64,000 nucleotides of DNA from Selaginella moellendorffii (lineage: Eukaryota > Plantae > Lycopodiophyta): positions 1,433,544 to 1,497,543 of the forward strand of contig NW_003314269.1 in the NCBI RefSeq assembly GCF_000143415.4, given 5' to 3'. The notes beneath the pieces were generated by a model. That model was not told the origin of the DNA. It did not search any database and worked only from the letters and a program-made list of their open reading frames with translations. The position numbers and the translations under genes are program-made. Of the stretch, positions 10,518 to 24,193 are shown in pieces (the first letter of the stretch is position 1; each line of letters starts with the position of its first letter).

Positions 10518-13020
10518 TCAGTCGTCAGCAATTAGCCGGTTGGCCGATTTTGGGAGGAATGGCTCGAAAGATGTGAGAACCGTGAGCAGCGCAAACACGT
10601 TGAGAAAGAGGAACACCAAGTGATCGCCTGGAAACAATCAGAATAAAGTAAGAACAAGAAGAAGGGAAAAAAAAAAAAGGATTTTGGAACATTACCTGGG
10701 AAGAACCATGAGTGTTGTCTCTTTTGAGCACAAGAAAAGCTGAAAAGGAATCGAAGTCAGTGTTTCCTCGCGATTTCTTTTCCTCTCGAAGAACTTACAC
10801 TATTCCTCCAATCGCTGGGCCCAGTCCTTTGAACACGGATACAATGCTGAGCGAGAAACCATTCGCGGCTCCTCTCTGGCGTTGCTTCTGTTGGAGAACA
10901 GGATGAGAGTCAAGCAAAAAAAAAAGAGAGAGAGAGGCAGCTTTTTCTCTTCAGAGAGAAAAACTCTAACGTACCACGCAATTGTTGATGAGGATGAACG
11001 ATCCCGTCAATACTGCGGTCTGGAAGAGATTTACGAGTGTGAAAACTGGAAAGCAAAGAGAAAGACAAGGTTACCGTGAGAATGTATTTGAGAATCGCGG
11101 CAGCATAGACCGTTACTGAAAGCCAAGGTCCTTGAATCCTGCCAAAGTATGGATATGCTACCAGAAGAGGAATTGTGATGAGCTGCTCAAAACAAAACAA
11201 AAGGAATGTTACGCTTGAGAAGAAACAAAAATTTGTTGTAGCTTACGGCTCCAAACCGACAAGCCCGGATCGGTCCAACCATTCTACAAACTGTAGGAAA
11301 AACTCCAAGTTGAGCTCCAAGCATTGCACAGCCTGCAGCAGAAGTTCCAACATTTTTGTTTGAAGAATAAAGAGAACATTGGAACCTGCAACCGCTAAAA
11401 CTGATCCAACTTGAGAACTCGTGAAACCGAGACCCCCGTACGACTTTGGGCTCACGGACCACAACGAAAACAACTGCAAGAACAGAGATAGATTCACAGC
11501 TTTTCTTGCTTTTTCTTCTTACCTCGCTGTAAGCCATATCATGTAGCGACCAAAGACAGTATAGCGTCGTAGCAGCCATCAAAGGCCAGTTCCTGAAAAT
11601 GGACTCCACTTTGTCCTCTTTCGAATCGAGTGGATTCGACTTCTCCAAGTCTTCCACCTTTGGCACGGAGCTTTTCCTGTGCAGAGTTTCCTGAACAATA
11701 GAAACCACGATAATTAGTTTCTATTTCGTCCATACAGCCAGCCTTACTGGTAGGAGGCAGACGACGAATAGACCAAAAACAGCGATGGAGGAAATGCAAA
11801 GGGCCTGTAACAAGTATGGAAACCTTCCAGAGAGAAAGTTGAAAAGATAGAACAACGAAAGTGTCAGTGAGAACACCGCGAGATTTCAGTGCCTTACCGA
11901 TCAAATAGTGACCCGCTCGCAAAGACGCTTGGGAACTTGAGAGCTGGCTGAGCAGCACACCACCAAACGATGCGTTACATTCTTGAGCGAACTTTCTTGT
12001 TTGATCTTACTTGAGCCAAGTAGCCACCCACGGCAGGGCCGACGATGAGTCCCAATCCCCAGGCGGTCCCTACCTGACGAGCAACGAGACACCAATCGAA
12101 TTTTTCTTGTCGCGAGAATGATTTACCACAGAGAGTCCGAGCGGCTGCTGTTCTTCGTTGCAGAGCTCCGATGCGTAGGCCTGGACGACGCCCAGCATCC
12201 CATTGAAGCAGCCGAGGATGAAGCGCGTGGTGACTGCCATCCAGAAATTGGTGCTCAGCCCAAACAGCGTGTTCAACACAACCCTGCACACATTTGACAA
12301 TGAACTTCAGCCATGAACCAGCGAAGAACTCCTCAAGAACTAAAGTTTTTCGACGCAAAGAAGATCGAACGAAATGTGGAATGCATCAACCACTTACACC
12401 GAGGCGACGCCCGCGAACATGGTCGGCTTCCGACCGAATCTGTCGGCAATGCTGCCCCACAGCATCCCGGTTGACGCCCTCCCGATCATGAAAGAGGATC
12501 CTAAGAGTGGATCCCTTGATCAGCACAACATATCAAAGCTCCAGAGTTTCATCCTCACCAATCCATCCCGCGTAGAATCCAATGTCTGTGTCCACCCTCG
12601 CAATGTGGAAGTCTTTCACCTGGGAATCGAAATCAAAATTGCCAAGAAAACAAATCAATCGCTGCGATCCATGAGATCCCGCCCCGTACCATGAAATAGA
12701 CGAAGGGATAGACCACCGAGATTGGCAGAGCTGATAAAAAAGAATAGAATCAAACTTCTTATGACGAAAGCACTAGCTAGCGCGTAGTGATCTTGATCTC
12801 GGAGCTTACAGGTGCAAAGCAGGACAAAAGCGAGGCCGAGGAGCAGCCCCAGGGGAGCGCTGGCTTTGGGATGTTTGAGGTAGGCTACTCTGCATCCGGG
12901 GCAATCCGGATCGTGGTTGCAGCTCCGGATCTCGGCCTCCAGTTTCGCCGGATCCAGTAGCAGCGGCTGGTCCAGCGCATCTTGATCATTCGAGTGGAGC
13001 GCGTCGCGACCCACGGCCAT
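10518..13020 (-). CDS. ZIFL: ZIF1-like MFS transporter, tandem copy 1 (many short exons)
   Basis: CPGC N-terminal motif, DQPLL dileucine, WGSIADRFGRKP, TLFGLSTNFWMAVTTRFILG, GTAWGLGLIVGPAVGGYLAQ, IFRNWPLM..YCLWSLHDMAY, QRGAANG, GDHLVFLFLN..SFEPFL; stop TGA at 10518-10520. Confidence 0.9.
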
Positions 13021-13484
13021 GGCAAACAATGCGATCTTTCTATCACCCAATTCACTCGACTCGAGGTCGAGACCGACCAAACTTCCAATGCAATTAATGT
13101 CGCTCGAACCTCCAAATTGTGATCGACCAGAGTGCGAGATCTCTCGTGCAATGGGAGTGGAACATAGAGGGCCTCATATATACTTCTATACGAGTTTGCC
13201 AGGAGGACCTTACGTATGGTAGACTAACTCGAAAGTGGCGATGGGTTAGGCTCTACACATGGGCTGCTAAAGATCCGGCGTGTTGGTCCTTGGAGTAAGA
13301 CATGTTTGGCGCTTTGTATAGATCATGGTCGATCTCCCGCTGATGATCCAACCGGTATAGCCGCTGAGCTATTCATCGCTCCAGAGGCTCGCTCCAAGAC
13401 AATCGGAACATCTGTTGGGTGCTATTTATTGCGAGCTTCACCTCCCTAGGGCTGACGTGGCATAAATATTCGAGGAATGTCCAT

Positions 13485-13521
13485 GGAACGTTCTAGAACC
13501 TGCGAAGAATCTTCTGGAATT
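13485..13521 (+). promoter_or_regulatory. Two perfect heat-shock elements upstream of HSP20; TGACGTGG box at 13453-13460
   Basis: GAAcgTTCtaGAA (13486-13498) and GAAtcTTCtgGAA (13507-13519), followed by TTTAAA near 13535. Confidence 0.85.
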
Positions 13522-13627
13522 CGCGGCTCTGGGATTTAAATTCTACGAGCGATGGGCATATCGCATCATCGCAAGCAAGCAATCTACTCTTCTTCAATCC
13601 AACTTCGATCATCCATTCGATCAAGCA

Positions 13628-14116
13628 ATGGCACTGTCTCCATTCCTGGACAGGCAACTGGGCGTCTTCGATCCGTTCCTCTCGCCGGAGAAGCGGATGT
13701 GGGATGCGGCGCTCTCGTTCTGGGACCGCGACGCCGACGGTCACTCGCGCCAGTTCGCGCGGGACGTGAGCGCCGTGGCCAACACGCGCATCGATTGGTG
13801 CGAGACGCCCCACGCGCACGTCCTCAAGGCCGATCTCCCCGGGCTCGACAGGAGCGAGGTGAAGATCCAGCTCGAGGAGGACCGGGTGCTCCAGATTAGC
13901 GGCGAGCGCAAGAGGGAGGAGAGTCGGAAGACCGATAATTGGCACCGGGTGGAGCGAGCTCACGGGAGTTTCCTCCGGCGGTTCTGGCTCCCGGACGATT
14001 CTAACGTGGACGCCATCTCGGCCAAGGTCGACCATGGAGTTCTCACGGTCACGGTTCCAAAGCTGGCTTGCGCGGCCGAGAAGAACAACAACGTGAAGCC
14101 GATCGACGTCCAGTAA
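13628..14116 (+). CDS. Class I cytosolic small heat shock protein (HSP17/18)
   Basis: FDPF, ANTRIDWCETPHAHVLKADLPGL..EVKIQLEEDRVLQISGER..WHRVERAHGSFLRRFWLP..GVLTVTVPK..VKPIDV; intronless. Confidence 0.95.
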   Translation: MALSPFLDRQLGVFDPFLSPEKRMWDAALSFWDRDADGHSRQFARDVSAVANTRIDWCETPHAHVLKADLPGLDRSEVKIQLEEDRVLQISGERKREESRKTDNWHRVERAHGSFLRRFWLPDDSNVDAISAKVDHGVLTVTVPKLACAAEKNNNVKPIDVQ

Positions 14117-14287
14117 AGATCTAGCAAATGTAGTAGAAACTTCAAGATCTACCAAAGGAAGAACAATGTGACTTTCGAGCATAGCGAAAAATATCAAATG
14201 CTTACATTGTTTATGTATATATCCTCCTCGTGGGTGGTCAGGTTTGCTAGAAACAGTTAGAAAAAAGGAAAAAGACGATTTTTTCCG

Positions 14288-14802
14288 CTACACTTGTCAA
14301 TCATCGTTTCTCACAACGAAATCGTACTCCAGGAAATGATCTCTCCGCCAGTGCTCTTCTCGTCCTTAGGCATTTCTGCGTAGCATTGAAAAACTATATG
14401 TGAATGGAGGAAAACACTCACATTAAATCGCTTCCATCTGGCTGGAACAGCCGAAATCTGCTGCCAACGATCTTGCCCTTACTCTTTAGACTCGGGAGTT
14501 AAAATAACATTTTTTTTCCAAAAGAAATCGACCTCAATGCGTCTAGCAAATGTTCTAGGCTCGGAGAGCTATCGAGAAGACGCACAACGCATAAGAGGAT
14601 TTATCTTTATATGCTGCCAGCATGTTTTTGAGGCCTGGAGCATCACACATTAAATTCCAGAGAAAATGAAAACTATCGTAGCAAGCTAGAAATCGTAAAA
14701 AGCTAACCAAGCTTTTTCCTGCAAGCACACGAGAATCCATTTTCCGTGACCACTGAAGCTTTTTCCAATGCTTACACGCAAGGCCCTGAATGGAAAAATT
14801 CG
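14288..14802 (-). pseudogene. Truncated, internally deleted 3' fragment of the ITPase gene, left by the tandem duplication
   Basis: [21 protein letters not shown] and YAEMPKDEK align to 18085-18712; the KISHR segment is deleted and the 5' exons are absent. Confidence 0.85.
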
Positions 14803-14882
14803 AATTCCAAAGGACGCAAAACCCTAATCACGATTTATTATTTTCACCCTTCAGGGTTAAAAAATTAATAGAAGGCCTCCTA

Positions 14883-17380
14883 TCAGTCGTCAACGATTAG
14901 CCGGTTGGCCGATTTTGGGAGGAATGGCTCGAAAGATGTGAGAACCGTGAGCAGCGCAAACACGTTGAGAAAGAGGAACACCAAGTGATCGCCTGGAAAC
15001 AGTCAGAATAAAGTGAGAAGAAGAAAAAAATGATTTTGGAACATTACCCGGGAAGAACCATGAGTGTTGTCTCTTTTGAGCATAAGAAAAGCTGAAAACG
15101 AATCGAAGTCAGTGTTTTCTAGCGAAGTTTTTTCCTCTCCAAGAACTTACACTATTCCTCCAATCGCTGGGCCCAGTCCTTTGAACACGGATACAATGCT
15201 GAGCGAGAAACCATTCGCGGCTCCTCTCTGGCGTTGCTTCTGTTGGAGAACATGATGAGAGTCAAGCAAAAAAAACAAAAAAAGAGAGGCAGCTTTTCTC
15301 TTCAGAGAGAAAAACTCTAACGTACCACGCAATTGTTGATGAGTATGAACGATCCCGTCATTACTGCGGTCTGGAAGAGATTTACGGTGTGAAAACTGGA
15401 AAGCAAAGAGAATGACAAGAATACCGTGACAATGCATTTGACAACCGAGGCAGCATAGACCGTTACAGAAAGCCAAGATCCTTGAATCCTGCCAAAGTAT
15501 GGATATGCTACCAGAAGGGGAATTGTGATGAGCTGCTCAAAACAAACAAAGGAATGAGTGTTACGCTAAGGAAAAACGTCTTGAAACTACATGTTGGAAC
15601 TTACGGCTCCATACCGACAGGCCCGGATCGGCCCAAGAAGTCTACAAATTGTTGGAAAAATTCCAAGTTGAGATCCAAGTATTGCACAACCTACAACAAA
15701 AGTTCCACCAATTTAGTTTGGAGAAAGAAAGAGTAATTTCGAACCTGCAACTGCTAAAACTGATCCAACTTGAGAACTCGTGAAACCGAGACCCCCGTAA
15801 GACTTTGGGCTCACGGCCCACAGAGCGAACAACTGCAACAACCAAGATAGGCGCGCATAGTTTTCCTTTCATTCTTACCTCGTCGTAGGCCATATCATGG
15901 AGCGACCAGAGACAGTATAGCGTCATAGCAGCCATCAAAGGCCGGTTCCTGAAGATGGACTCCACTTTCTCGTCTTTCGAATCGCCTGGATTCAATTTCT
16001 CCAAGTCTTTAACCTTTGGCACGGAGCTCTTCCTGTGCAATGTTTCCTGAAACCACGATACTTGGTTTTATTTCTTCTTTCATCCACACTTACCGGTAAG
16101 AGGCAGACAACAAATAAACCAAGAACAGCGATGGAGGAAATGCAAAGGGCTTGCAATAAGTATGGAAACCTTGGAGAGAAAGAAAATTGATAGAATAACT
16201 AAAGTGTGAGAACAAACGCGAATTCATGAAAATACCTTACCGGTCAAACAGTGACCCGCTCGTGAACACGTCTGGGTACTTGAGAGCTGGCTGAAAACAT
16301 CACAACCAAAACGATGCGTTACAAGCGGCATTCTTGAGCAAAGTTTTCGGTTTGATATTACTTGAGCCAAGAATCCACCCAAAGCGGGGCCGACGATGAG
16401 TCCAAATCCCCAAGCGGTCCCTACCTGACGACCAACGACACATCGATCAAATTTTTCTTGTTGCAAAATGACTGAAGGGATGATTTCTTACCACAGAGAG
16501 TCCGAGCGGCTGCTGTTCTTCGTTGCAGAGCTCCGATGCGTAGGCCTGGACGACGCCCAGCATCCCATTGAAGCAGCCGAGCAGGAAGCGCGTGGTGACG
16601 GCCATCCAGAAATTGGTGCTCAGCCCAAACAGCGTGTTCCACACAACCCTGCACACATTTGTTTCCAAAAACTTTAGCCATCAACTAAAGAAATGCAGAA
16701 ATCTCAAGGAACCAAATTCAAAAATGTCGTGCTACGTACACAGAGGCGACACCCGCGAACATTGTCGGCTTCCTACCGTATCTGTCGGCAATGCTGCCCC
16801 ACAGGATCCCTGTTGACGCCCTCCCGATCATGAATGAGGATCCTACGAGTGGATGCATCTCTCAGCATGCATATAAACTTATCGAAACTTATCCAGAGTT
16901 TCATCCTCACCAATCCATCCCGCGTAGAATCCAATGTCTGCGTCCACCCTCGCAACGTGGAAGTCTTTCACCTGGATCATCATCCAAGTTGCCAAGAAAC
17001 AAATCAATCGCTGTGATCCATGGGATCCCGGCTTTCATACCATGAAATAGAGGAAGGGATACACCACCGAGATTGGCAGACCTGCGAATCAAGGAAGGAT
17101 GGAATCAAACTTCTCATAACCGAAGTACTAGCTAGTAGTGATCTTGATCTTCCAGCGGGGAGGGGAGCTTACAGGTGCAAAGCATGACGAAGCCGAGGCC
17201 GAGGAGCAGCCGGAGTGGAGCGCTGGCCTTGGGGTGTTTGAGGTAGGCAACTTTGCATCCGGGGCAATCCGGATCGTGGTTGCAGCTCCGCAGCTCCCCC
17301 TCCAGCTCCCCCTCCAGCTTTGCTGGATCGTCCTGCAGCAGCGGCTGCTCCAGCGCATCTTCGTCGCGAGACACGGCCAT
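14883..17380 (-). CDS. ZIFL: ZIF1-like MFS transporter, tandem copy 2
   Basis: Same exon series as copy 1; start MAVSRDEDALEQPLL; 12-nt duplication giving LEGELEGEL; stop TGA at 14883-14885. Confidence 0.85.
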
Positions 17381-17589
17381 GGCACAGAACTCGGGCGATC
17401 TCGACACCGAGAAAAACGTGAACCGATTTTACGTATGGTAGACTAAGTCAGATCAGCGACAGCCGCGGTGGATTACGACACATGGGCTGCTCCCGCGAGT
17501 GCCTCGCGCGCTTTGAACTTGCTAACGTGGAGACAACATTCACCGATCATTAGCTGGAATTTGGAGGGCCACTTTACTCTACTTTTACA

Positions 17590-17865
17590 CCTTCGATCCA
17601 TTGGAGAAGCGGATTGTGGTCAACACGCGTCGATTGATGACGCACACGTCCTCGAGGCCGATCCGACAGGAGCGACGTGAAGATCCAGCTCGGGTGCTCC
17701 AGATTAGTGGCGAGCGCTAGAGAGAGGAGAGTCGAAAGACCGGTAAGTGTCACCGAGCTCACTGGAGTTTTCCAGCTCGGCAAAGGTCGACAATGGGGTT
17801 ATCACGGTCACGGTTGCAAAGCTAGCTCAGTTGGCTGAGAAGAACAGCGTCAAGCCAATCGAAGA
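17590..17865 (+). pseudogene. Degenerate HSP20 copy
   Basis: Fragments cttcgatcc, aacacgcgtcgattga, gtgaagatccagctc, cagattagtggcgagcg, gtcacggttgcaaagct match 13628-14116 with multiple deletions; no ATG and no HSEs. Confidence 0.85.
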
Positions 17866-18084
17866 TCTAGCAAAAAGGGAAAAAACAAGGTAGCTTCGAG
17901 ATCTAGCAAAGGAAAAACAATGTAAGAGAAAACAATGTCGCTTCAGGATCTAGCAAAGGAAGAACAATGTAGCTTTCGAGCATAGAGATATATCAAAAGC
18001 TTACATTGTTTACGTAGATCTTTCTCGTGGCTGGCCAGTTCTGCTAGAAGCTCTTAGGAAAAGGAAAAGATGATTTTTTTGTCG

Positions 18085-19127
18085 CTACACTTGTGAATCA
18101 TCGTTCCTCACAACGAAATCGTACTCCCGGAAATGATCTCGGACTTTGTCCAGTGCGCGGCGCCTGTGAGAGATCTTATTCTTCTCGTCCTTGGGCATTT
18201 CTGCGTAGCTGTGGCTCAGAGAAACACTAGATGTAAGAAGGCGAATGATGGAGCAAAACACTCACGTAAAATCGCTTCCATCTGGCTGGAACACCGGATC
18301 CCAGCCGAAATCTGCCGGCCCTCTCGCTGGAACGATCTTTCCCTGTGAATCGCCCTTCTCTTAGAAACTTGGAAAGAAAAAAAAAACTCTTTTTCCAAGA
18401 AAATTCTACCTCAGTGCGTCCAACAAATGTTGTAGGCTCAAAGCCAGGCCCGAGAGCTAGTGAGAAGACGCACAATGCATAAGCGGATTTATCTTTGTAC
18501 GCTGCCAGCATGTTATTGAGGCCTGAAGCATCACACCACATTAGATACTAGAAAAAGAAAACGAATGAAAACTATCGTATCATAGAAAGCTAACCTTCGT
18601 GGCCAAGCTTTTGAAGAAACCACTTCCTGCAAGCACAAAAGCATCCATTTTCCGAAACCAATGAGGCGTTTTCCAATGCTTACACATAAGGCCCTGAATG
18701 GAAAAATTCGAAGAGAATTAGTTCCTGCAAGAGCTTCCAAGAACTCAAAACCTGGAAGGCCATGTAGAGCATTGAAACACAGGCATGTGTCCTCCACGAG
18801 CACAGCTCCATCAATCTTCGCAAGAACAAAAACCAAAACTTCTCTATCTACATTCTTCTTGGATTCGTGGTACCTGTTTGGCGGCAATGCGCGCCTTTTC
18901 TTTGGAGATCTCCTCGGGCTCTCCCTGAAGCTCCGGCACTGGAGGAAAGCCAAAATTTAGAACGAAACTACTCAATGCCGCTAGATGCGAAGCTTACAAT
19001 CAACGCGCAGCGTCGAGAAGGGGATAGAATTTCCCAGGATCATCTTCACTTCCTCCAGCTTCTTGGCATTGCCTGTGACGAATGTGACGGGCTTCTTGAG
19101 GACCACCTCCGCCCTCACTAGCGCCAT
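18085..19127 (-). CDS. ITPA: Inosine triphosphate pyrophosphatase (HAM1/ITPA)
   Basis: [64 protein letters not shown]; stop TAG at 18085-18087. Confidence 0.93.
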
Positions 19128-19377
19128 TGCCTCTTTCACCCAAAGCCCTAGAGTAACCCTAATCGGATTTAGCAGATAATTTTGAGAAATATCAAATTTA
19201 GGCAGTAAACTAATGGATGTCATCGTGGATGCCATTTTTAGCCAAACGTGCAAGCGTGCTCGCCATCTTCTTGTTACATTTTCTTTCTCTTTTTTTTTCA
19301 AGAGATTAAAGAAAAAAAGGCTCTTTTCTACTTAAAACCGCTTTTTTGTTTGTTGTTGATCAATCACTCTCGATCGA

Positions 19378-20600
19378 ATGGAAGAATTTGGATGGCCTCT
19401 TGGATTTGGATTGCCCAATTTCGGGAGCAACAAAATCCACTCAACTGGTAGGCACTTGCAAGTGATTTGGGTCTTAATTCGCTCTCCATAATTCATGAAA
19501 CACAGGCTGGTTGATGAACGAGTATTCCAACAGCAGTGCTACGACTTCCTCAATCAAACACAGGAGATCTGTGAGTGACACTGCTTTTATCGATAACGCC
19601 AGCCCTCCTCCAGCAATTGCACAAACAGATGAGAGAGATGAGAAAGAGGAGCAGCTTGTCAAGAATCCAGAACAGCTCTCAGATGTTCTTCTTGAGGGTT
19701 CTATGAACAAAATTGATATCTCCCCGAAGAATACATCGCCAACAATCTCCGATGGCCAGGATGGTGATTGTGTTGTTGTCGCCAATCAAGTTCTAGACGA
19801 TGATATATCTCTCGATCCCAGCTTGGATCCGAAAAGAGCTAGAAGGTATGCTTTCCTCTCCCTCTCTCGCTCTCTCTCTGTTTCATAGGCTTTGTTTTCT
19901 CTCTTTTGTGAAGATCTTATGTTTCATAACTTTGTGAACAAATATAGGATCATTGCAAACAGGCAATCTGCTCAGAGGTCACGGATAAGAAAGCTACAAT
20001 ACATAGCAGAATTGGAGAAGAACGTAAGTTCCTTACAGGTAAGATTGCCAATCAATTTATACAACACCCCTTGACCATCTATTTTCGTTTGAAAAAGATG
20101 GAAGTGTCAACACTCACACCTCAGGTCTCATTTTTGGACCACCAAAGAGTTCTTTTGAACGTCGACAACGGTGTCATGAAGCAGAGGATAGCTGCATTGG
20201 CGCAAAATGTGCGTCTCAAGGACGGTATGTTTACAAGAAAACACTTGTTTTTTTTTCGATAATCTCTACGATTGATCTTTTGGCAGCTCACAACGAAGCT
20301 CTTCGAAAAGAGGCCGAGAGTTTGAGGCAACTATACCAGCAGCAACAGCAACAATTTGAGATCCAGTACCACCAGTTCGATGGATTCATTGGCAGCAATC
20401 CGCAAGATCACGGCAGCGGTAGCAGCAGCAACAGTGGAGTTCTCATCACCCACAAGAACACCAGCGCTCTCTTGAGTGGATCCGGAGGAGCGACTGAAAA
20501 GCTCGACGATGCTTGTTACAGCCACACTACCATGCCCGACTTTGGAGGCGCGACGACTAGAGCAACCTGTGCGCCTCTCTCACTCTCTCTAAAGTTCTAG
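19378..20600 (+). CDS. Group E bZIP transcription factor (bZIP34/61-like)
   Basis: HRRSVSD, DPKRARR|IIANRQSAQRSRIRKLQYIAELE, TPQVSFLDHQRVLLNVDN..KQRIAALAQ..KDAHNEAL; Pro in the zipper. The start exon is inferred; the gene is divergent from ITPA by ~250 bp. Confidence 0.88.
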
Positions 20601-20765
20601 CCACCCAAAAGAACGACTATTTCCCCTCGAGGAATCCATGGTCCCTCTTGAATTATTCAGTTGTAACTCACAGAGCGATAGATTCATGTTTCCGATATAA
20701 AAGAATGAAAAAAAAAATCTCTTTTCTTCACCTCCAGAAGAAATCGAGAGCGTCGTTGGTTGTTT

Positions 20766-22841
20766 CTAGTTTAGACCCACGGCTTTGCCGCAGCGAAGAA
20801 CGTTGCTGGGAATTGGCGTCTCCGTGCTCCTAGCCTCCTCCGGGTTGTAAACTCGCATGTAGAGATCCTGGCCCAAGTATTGCCGCGCGGGGTTTTGCGA
20901 GCGAATCTCCCACATTCCGACGTTGTCCAGGGACATGAAGATTGCAGTCCAGGACATTGGATAGACCTGCAAAGTTTTCCTGATTTGAGCACGAAGAAAC
21001 GAACCTCTGAAGGATCCAAGCACACGTACCTGGGTCGTGGATCGAGCAACAGCATCGTAGAGATTGTAAGTTAGCCTGCTGGTATCGTTCCAAGCTCCGG
21101 GTCCGAATCTGGATGAAACATACCAAGTAAAAACACATTTTTTCTTCATGCTTTTCGTCATCTAAGTACGTACCCGACCACGAAAAACTGGTAGCCGTCA
21201 ATATGCCACGACTGGATCACCTCCTCATTGTTCTGAAAGATGATCTCGATGAAGCTGTGGTAGTCCACGTTGAGAACCGAGGTTCCCAGGAACGGGGTGC
21301 TGAAGTAGGGGGAATCCGGGATGGAGTTGAGAGAGAAAACGCCTGGAATCTTGTAGTAATCGGCGAGCTTGAGAGGCGTGTCCGGATTAAAGTAGGAGAT
21401 GTCGTTCACCGCAAACCGCTGCTTGCCGTTGATCATGGGAGCAGTGTTGAAGAGCTTGATAGTTCTTGACACGTTGATCACTCCATAGTGGAAGGAGCCT
21501 TGAGGATTTGGCCTGGCAGCTCCTGCTGTCAAGTTCCATCTGGAAAAGAGTCACAAGAACTTAGAACGACCCTCGAGAACAGAAGAAAAGAGCTCTTTTT
21601 TTTCCTACCTGATGGACCAAGCTTGATTGAACGAGAAACCAACATCGCCTGGATCGGGCCCCGGGGGGAGTGTTCCACCGAGAGTTGACGGAGAATTGCT
21701 GTAGTGGAGGGTTGCCAGTCCGGTTAAAACTGGAACTCCAAAGCGACTGCTCGCGACAATGTGGAAGTCTCCCGGTGCTTGATCGGTGGTGATGATCACC
21801 GAGTAAGACTGGCCGACGTGAACGTCCAGCGAGTCGTAGAAGTTCTGGACGGTGTAGGAGCCCTCGGTCTCCACCAGGAGCATCCGGTGGCCTTCGATTC
21901 TAAAGTTGAGCGTTGTGGAGATTCCAACGTTTGATATCCTCAATCGGTAAGTGTTTGCTGCAAGAAAAAATCGATTTTTCTTCTCACATCGCTATCACCA
22001 ACTTAGTTCTACATACCTGGCTCTACGACAAAGTATGATCCGTAGGGACCCCTGCCATTGATAAGCACACCGTCCGGAGCACCGATCATGAATCCAGCAT
22101 CTAAAGTTCCTCGCAAAGCCTGCGAGAAAAACGAAGAGCAACTCAAGTTAAAGAAGAGAGAAGCAAGAAACAACGAGAGACTTACAGTGTGGTTTTGCTT
22201 GTACCAATCTCCAATGAGCATTGTGATGTCTCCGGCTGGTGGAGCAAATGGAACCGCAATGACTGCCCTGTTGTAAATCCGGATTCCACCATAGCCTCCA
22301 GCAGCTCGTTGCATGAGCAGCGAAGGATAGTAGAAGCCACTCCCAATCTGGTCTTTCACTTGAAACTTGTAAGTCCAGTTTGCTCCCGGTGGGATTGGAC
22401 AATTTGTTCCAAGCACACCGTCTTGCCATGAACTTCTCCTCATCCACACCGCATTCCTGGAAGAAAAACACTTGAATGAAACCATGTCCAAACATCCCTT
22501 TGAGAAAATCTCTTACCAGGTGAAAAGAAGAGGCTCGTCCAGGCTGTTGAAAACATTGATCTCGAGGTTGTTGTTGGTGGTCACGGCGATCTCAGGCCCT
22601 GGAAGCTGGTTGTTGATAGCAATCACCTACAAAACCAAAAGAATAAAAAAGAAAGAAGAAAAAACCATGAGAAACTTGGCCACATAGCTAAAGCTTGAGC
22701 TCTTACTCTTTGAGGAGCTCCCAGAGGCGCCAGATCCACAAACGAGACATTCCACTCAAAGTAGAGGTATGGGTCTTCGCCCCTGGCGCAGCTCGCGAGG
22801 ACAAGCAGCACGAGAACCGCCAATGCAGGTCGGAGCTCCAT
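20766..22841 (-). CDS. SKU5-similar (SKS) monocopper oxidase-like protein; no obvious GPI tail
   Basis: Signal peptide + EDPYLYFEWNV; WQDGVLGTNCPIPPG..QVKDQIGS; LDVHVGQSYS; ARPNPQGSFHYG; WHIDGY; DNVGMWEIRS (no HCH motif). Confidence 0.93.
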
Positions 22842-24193
22842 GCTCCTAGGCTGCCGAATCGGTGTCCAAGCCAGCACGAGATGGAAAGCGAAGTAAAACT
22901 CCCTCTTTTCCTGCTGTGTTTCAAGCAGAAAAAGGAGCAAGGAGCGGGCTTAGCGAGAGGCCATCGCTGGAGCTGAGAAACCAATGCTATAGACGAATAA
23001 ACTTCCGGATCATGGAAGAAGAAAACTTTGGCTGCTCCGCTACAAATCTAGCAAGCCCATCTGGATCACCAGCGAGAAAGGATCGAGACAACCCACACCC
23101 GGCCGAGAGACGCAAGGAACAAAACACTCTTTCGTAGACAAGGCGTGAGAAGTGGGTTTATAAATGGAAGAGAAGAGCTAAAGAGAAGATTCGAAGTAGT
23201 GAAAGGAAAAAACGAAGAAGACCAAAGTATGAGTGTTCTTGCCTGGTAATGGAGGAAACGCGGATGACTCTGGTTTCAAGGTGGTGATTTTTCTCCACTT
23301 TTTCATTCTTTTTCTCTTGTTTTTTCGAATTTTTTTTTCTCTGTTGCTGCTGGCTCGCTGGCAGCCAGCCGTGTCCGATTTATAACTACGGCTGACCGCC
23401 CCCTGGAACACGGTTTGAATGTATGCGTATACGTAGATAGTGGTGACTGTCCGTCTTTCTCCTTGGATGCTCCCTCGTTTTCTCTTTCCTCGTTGTGATT
23501 GATGCCACCAAGTTTTGCCTTTCAAGTCGCGACTGTTCCTCGAGAAGAATTCATTGTTTTTCCTTTTGTTTGCCTGTGATTTGTATATCTTCCGGATCGC
23601 ACTAAGTTCTTACTTCTTAGCTACTTGATCCCGGATGATTGGAAGTTGACTTAGCAAAGAAAAGGATAAATCTCTGCTTGCTTGTGTCGGCGAGTTTTTA
23701 GTGATTTCTCCCCGGAGAGGAAACGCGGAGCGAGAATTTTCCAGGAGCGTCGACGTCTGTTTCTGCCAGTGAGAGATCGGTTCTAAAAACACCTCGTGCG
23801 CGCATGTGAAAAGGCCGGATTTTGAGCCATGCACAGAACACAAGTTCCAAGTTCTTCCTCATATCCCACTCTTTGTAGTCGAAAGAAAGAGAGAGTCAGA
23901 ACCAGAAGAACACCAACCACGAACCTTACAAAGCGTGAATTTAAGGGTGGCTTTGATGCGCTGCCACATGAGAGATCCAAGTTGTCGAGGAAAACGAACG
24001 AGATCCAGCTTGCTCTCCAGCATACGAACGACCTTCCACTGGAAACGGCGCAGGCTTTTTTTTTTCCCCTCTTTTTATTCGATCCTAGCAGTGGTGACTG
24101 TCGCTGCAGTCAAACACCGACGTGAGAAACATGTGAGCGCCCACAAAATCGCGTTTTTTCCTATCCGAAAGAATGACCAACCTCTAAATTTTG

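Larger units (their letters stand above)
10516..18712. repeat. Tandem segmental duplication: unit 1 ~10516-14802, unit 2 ~14880-18712
   Basis: Collinear ZIFL / HSP20 / ITPA homology including introns; both units start with ctatcagtcgtc and end with gccctgaatggaaaaattcgaa. Confidence 0.92.

Noticed and set aside
17860-17985. Three GATCTAGCAAA..GAAAAACAA repeats
   Set aside because: Local slippage in the HSP20 3' UTR; two units are also present in copy 1.
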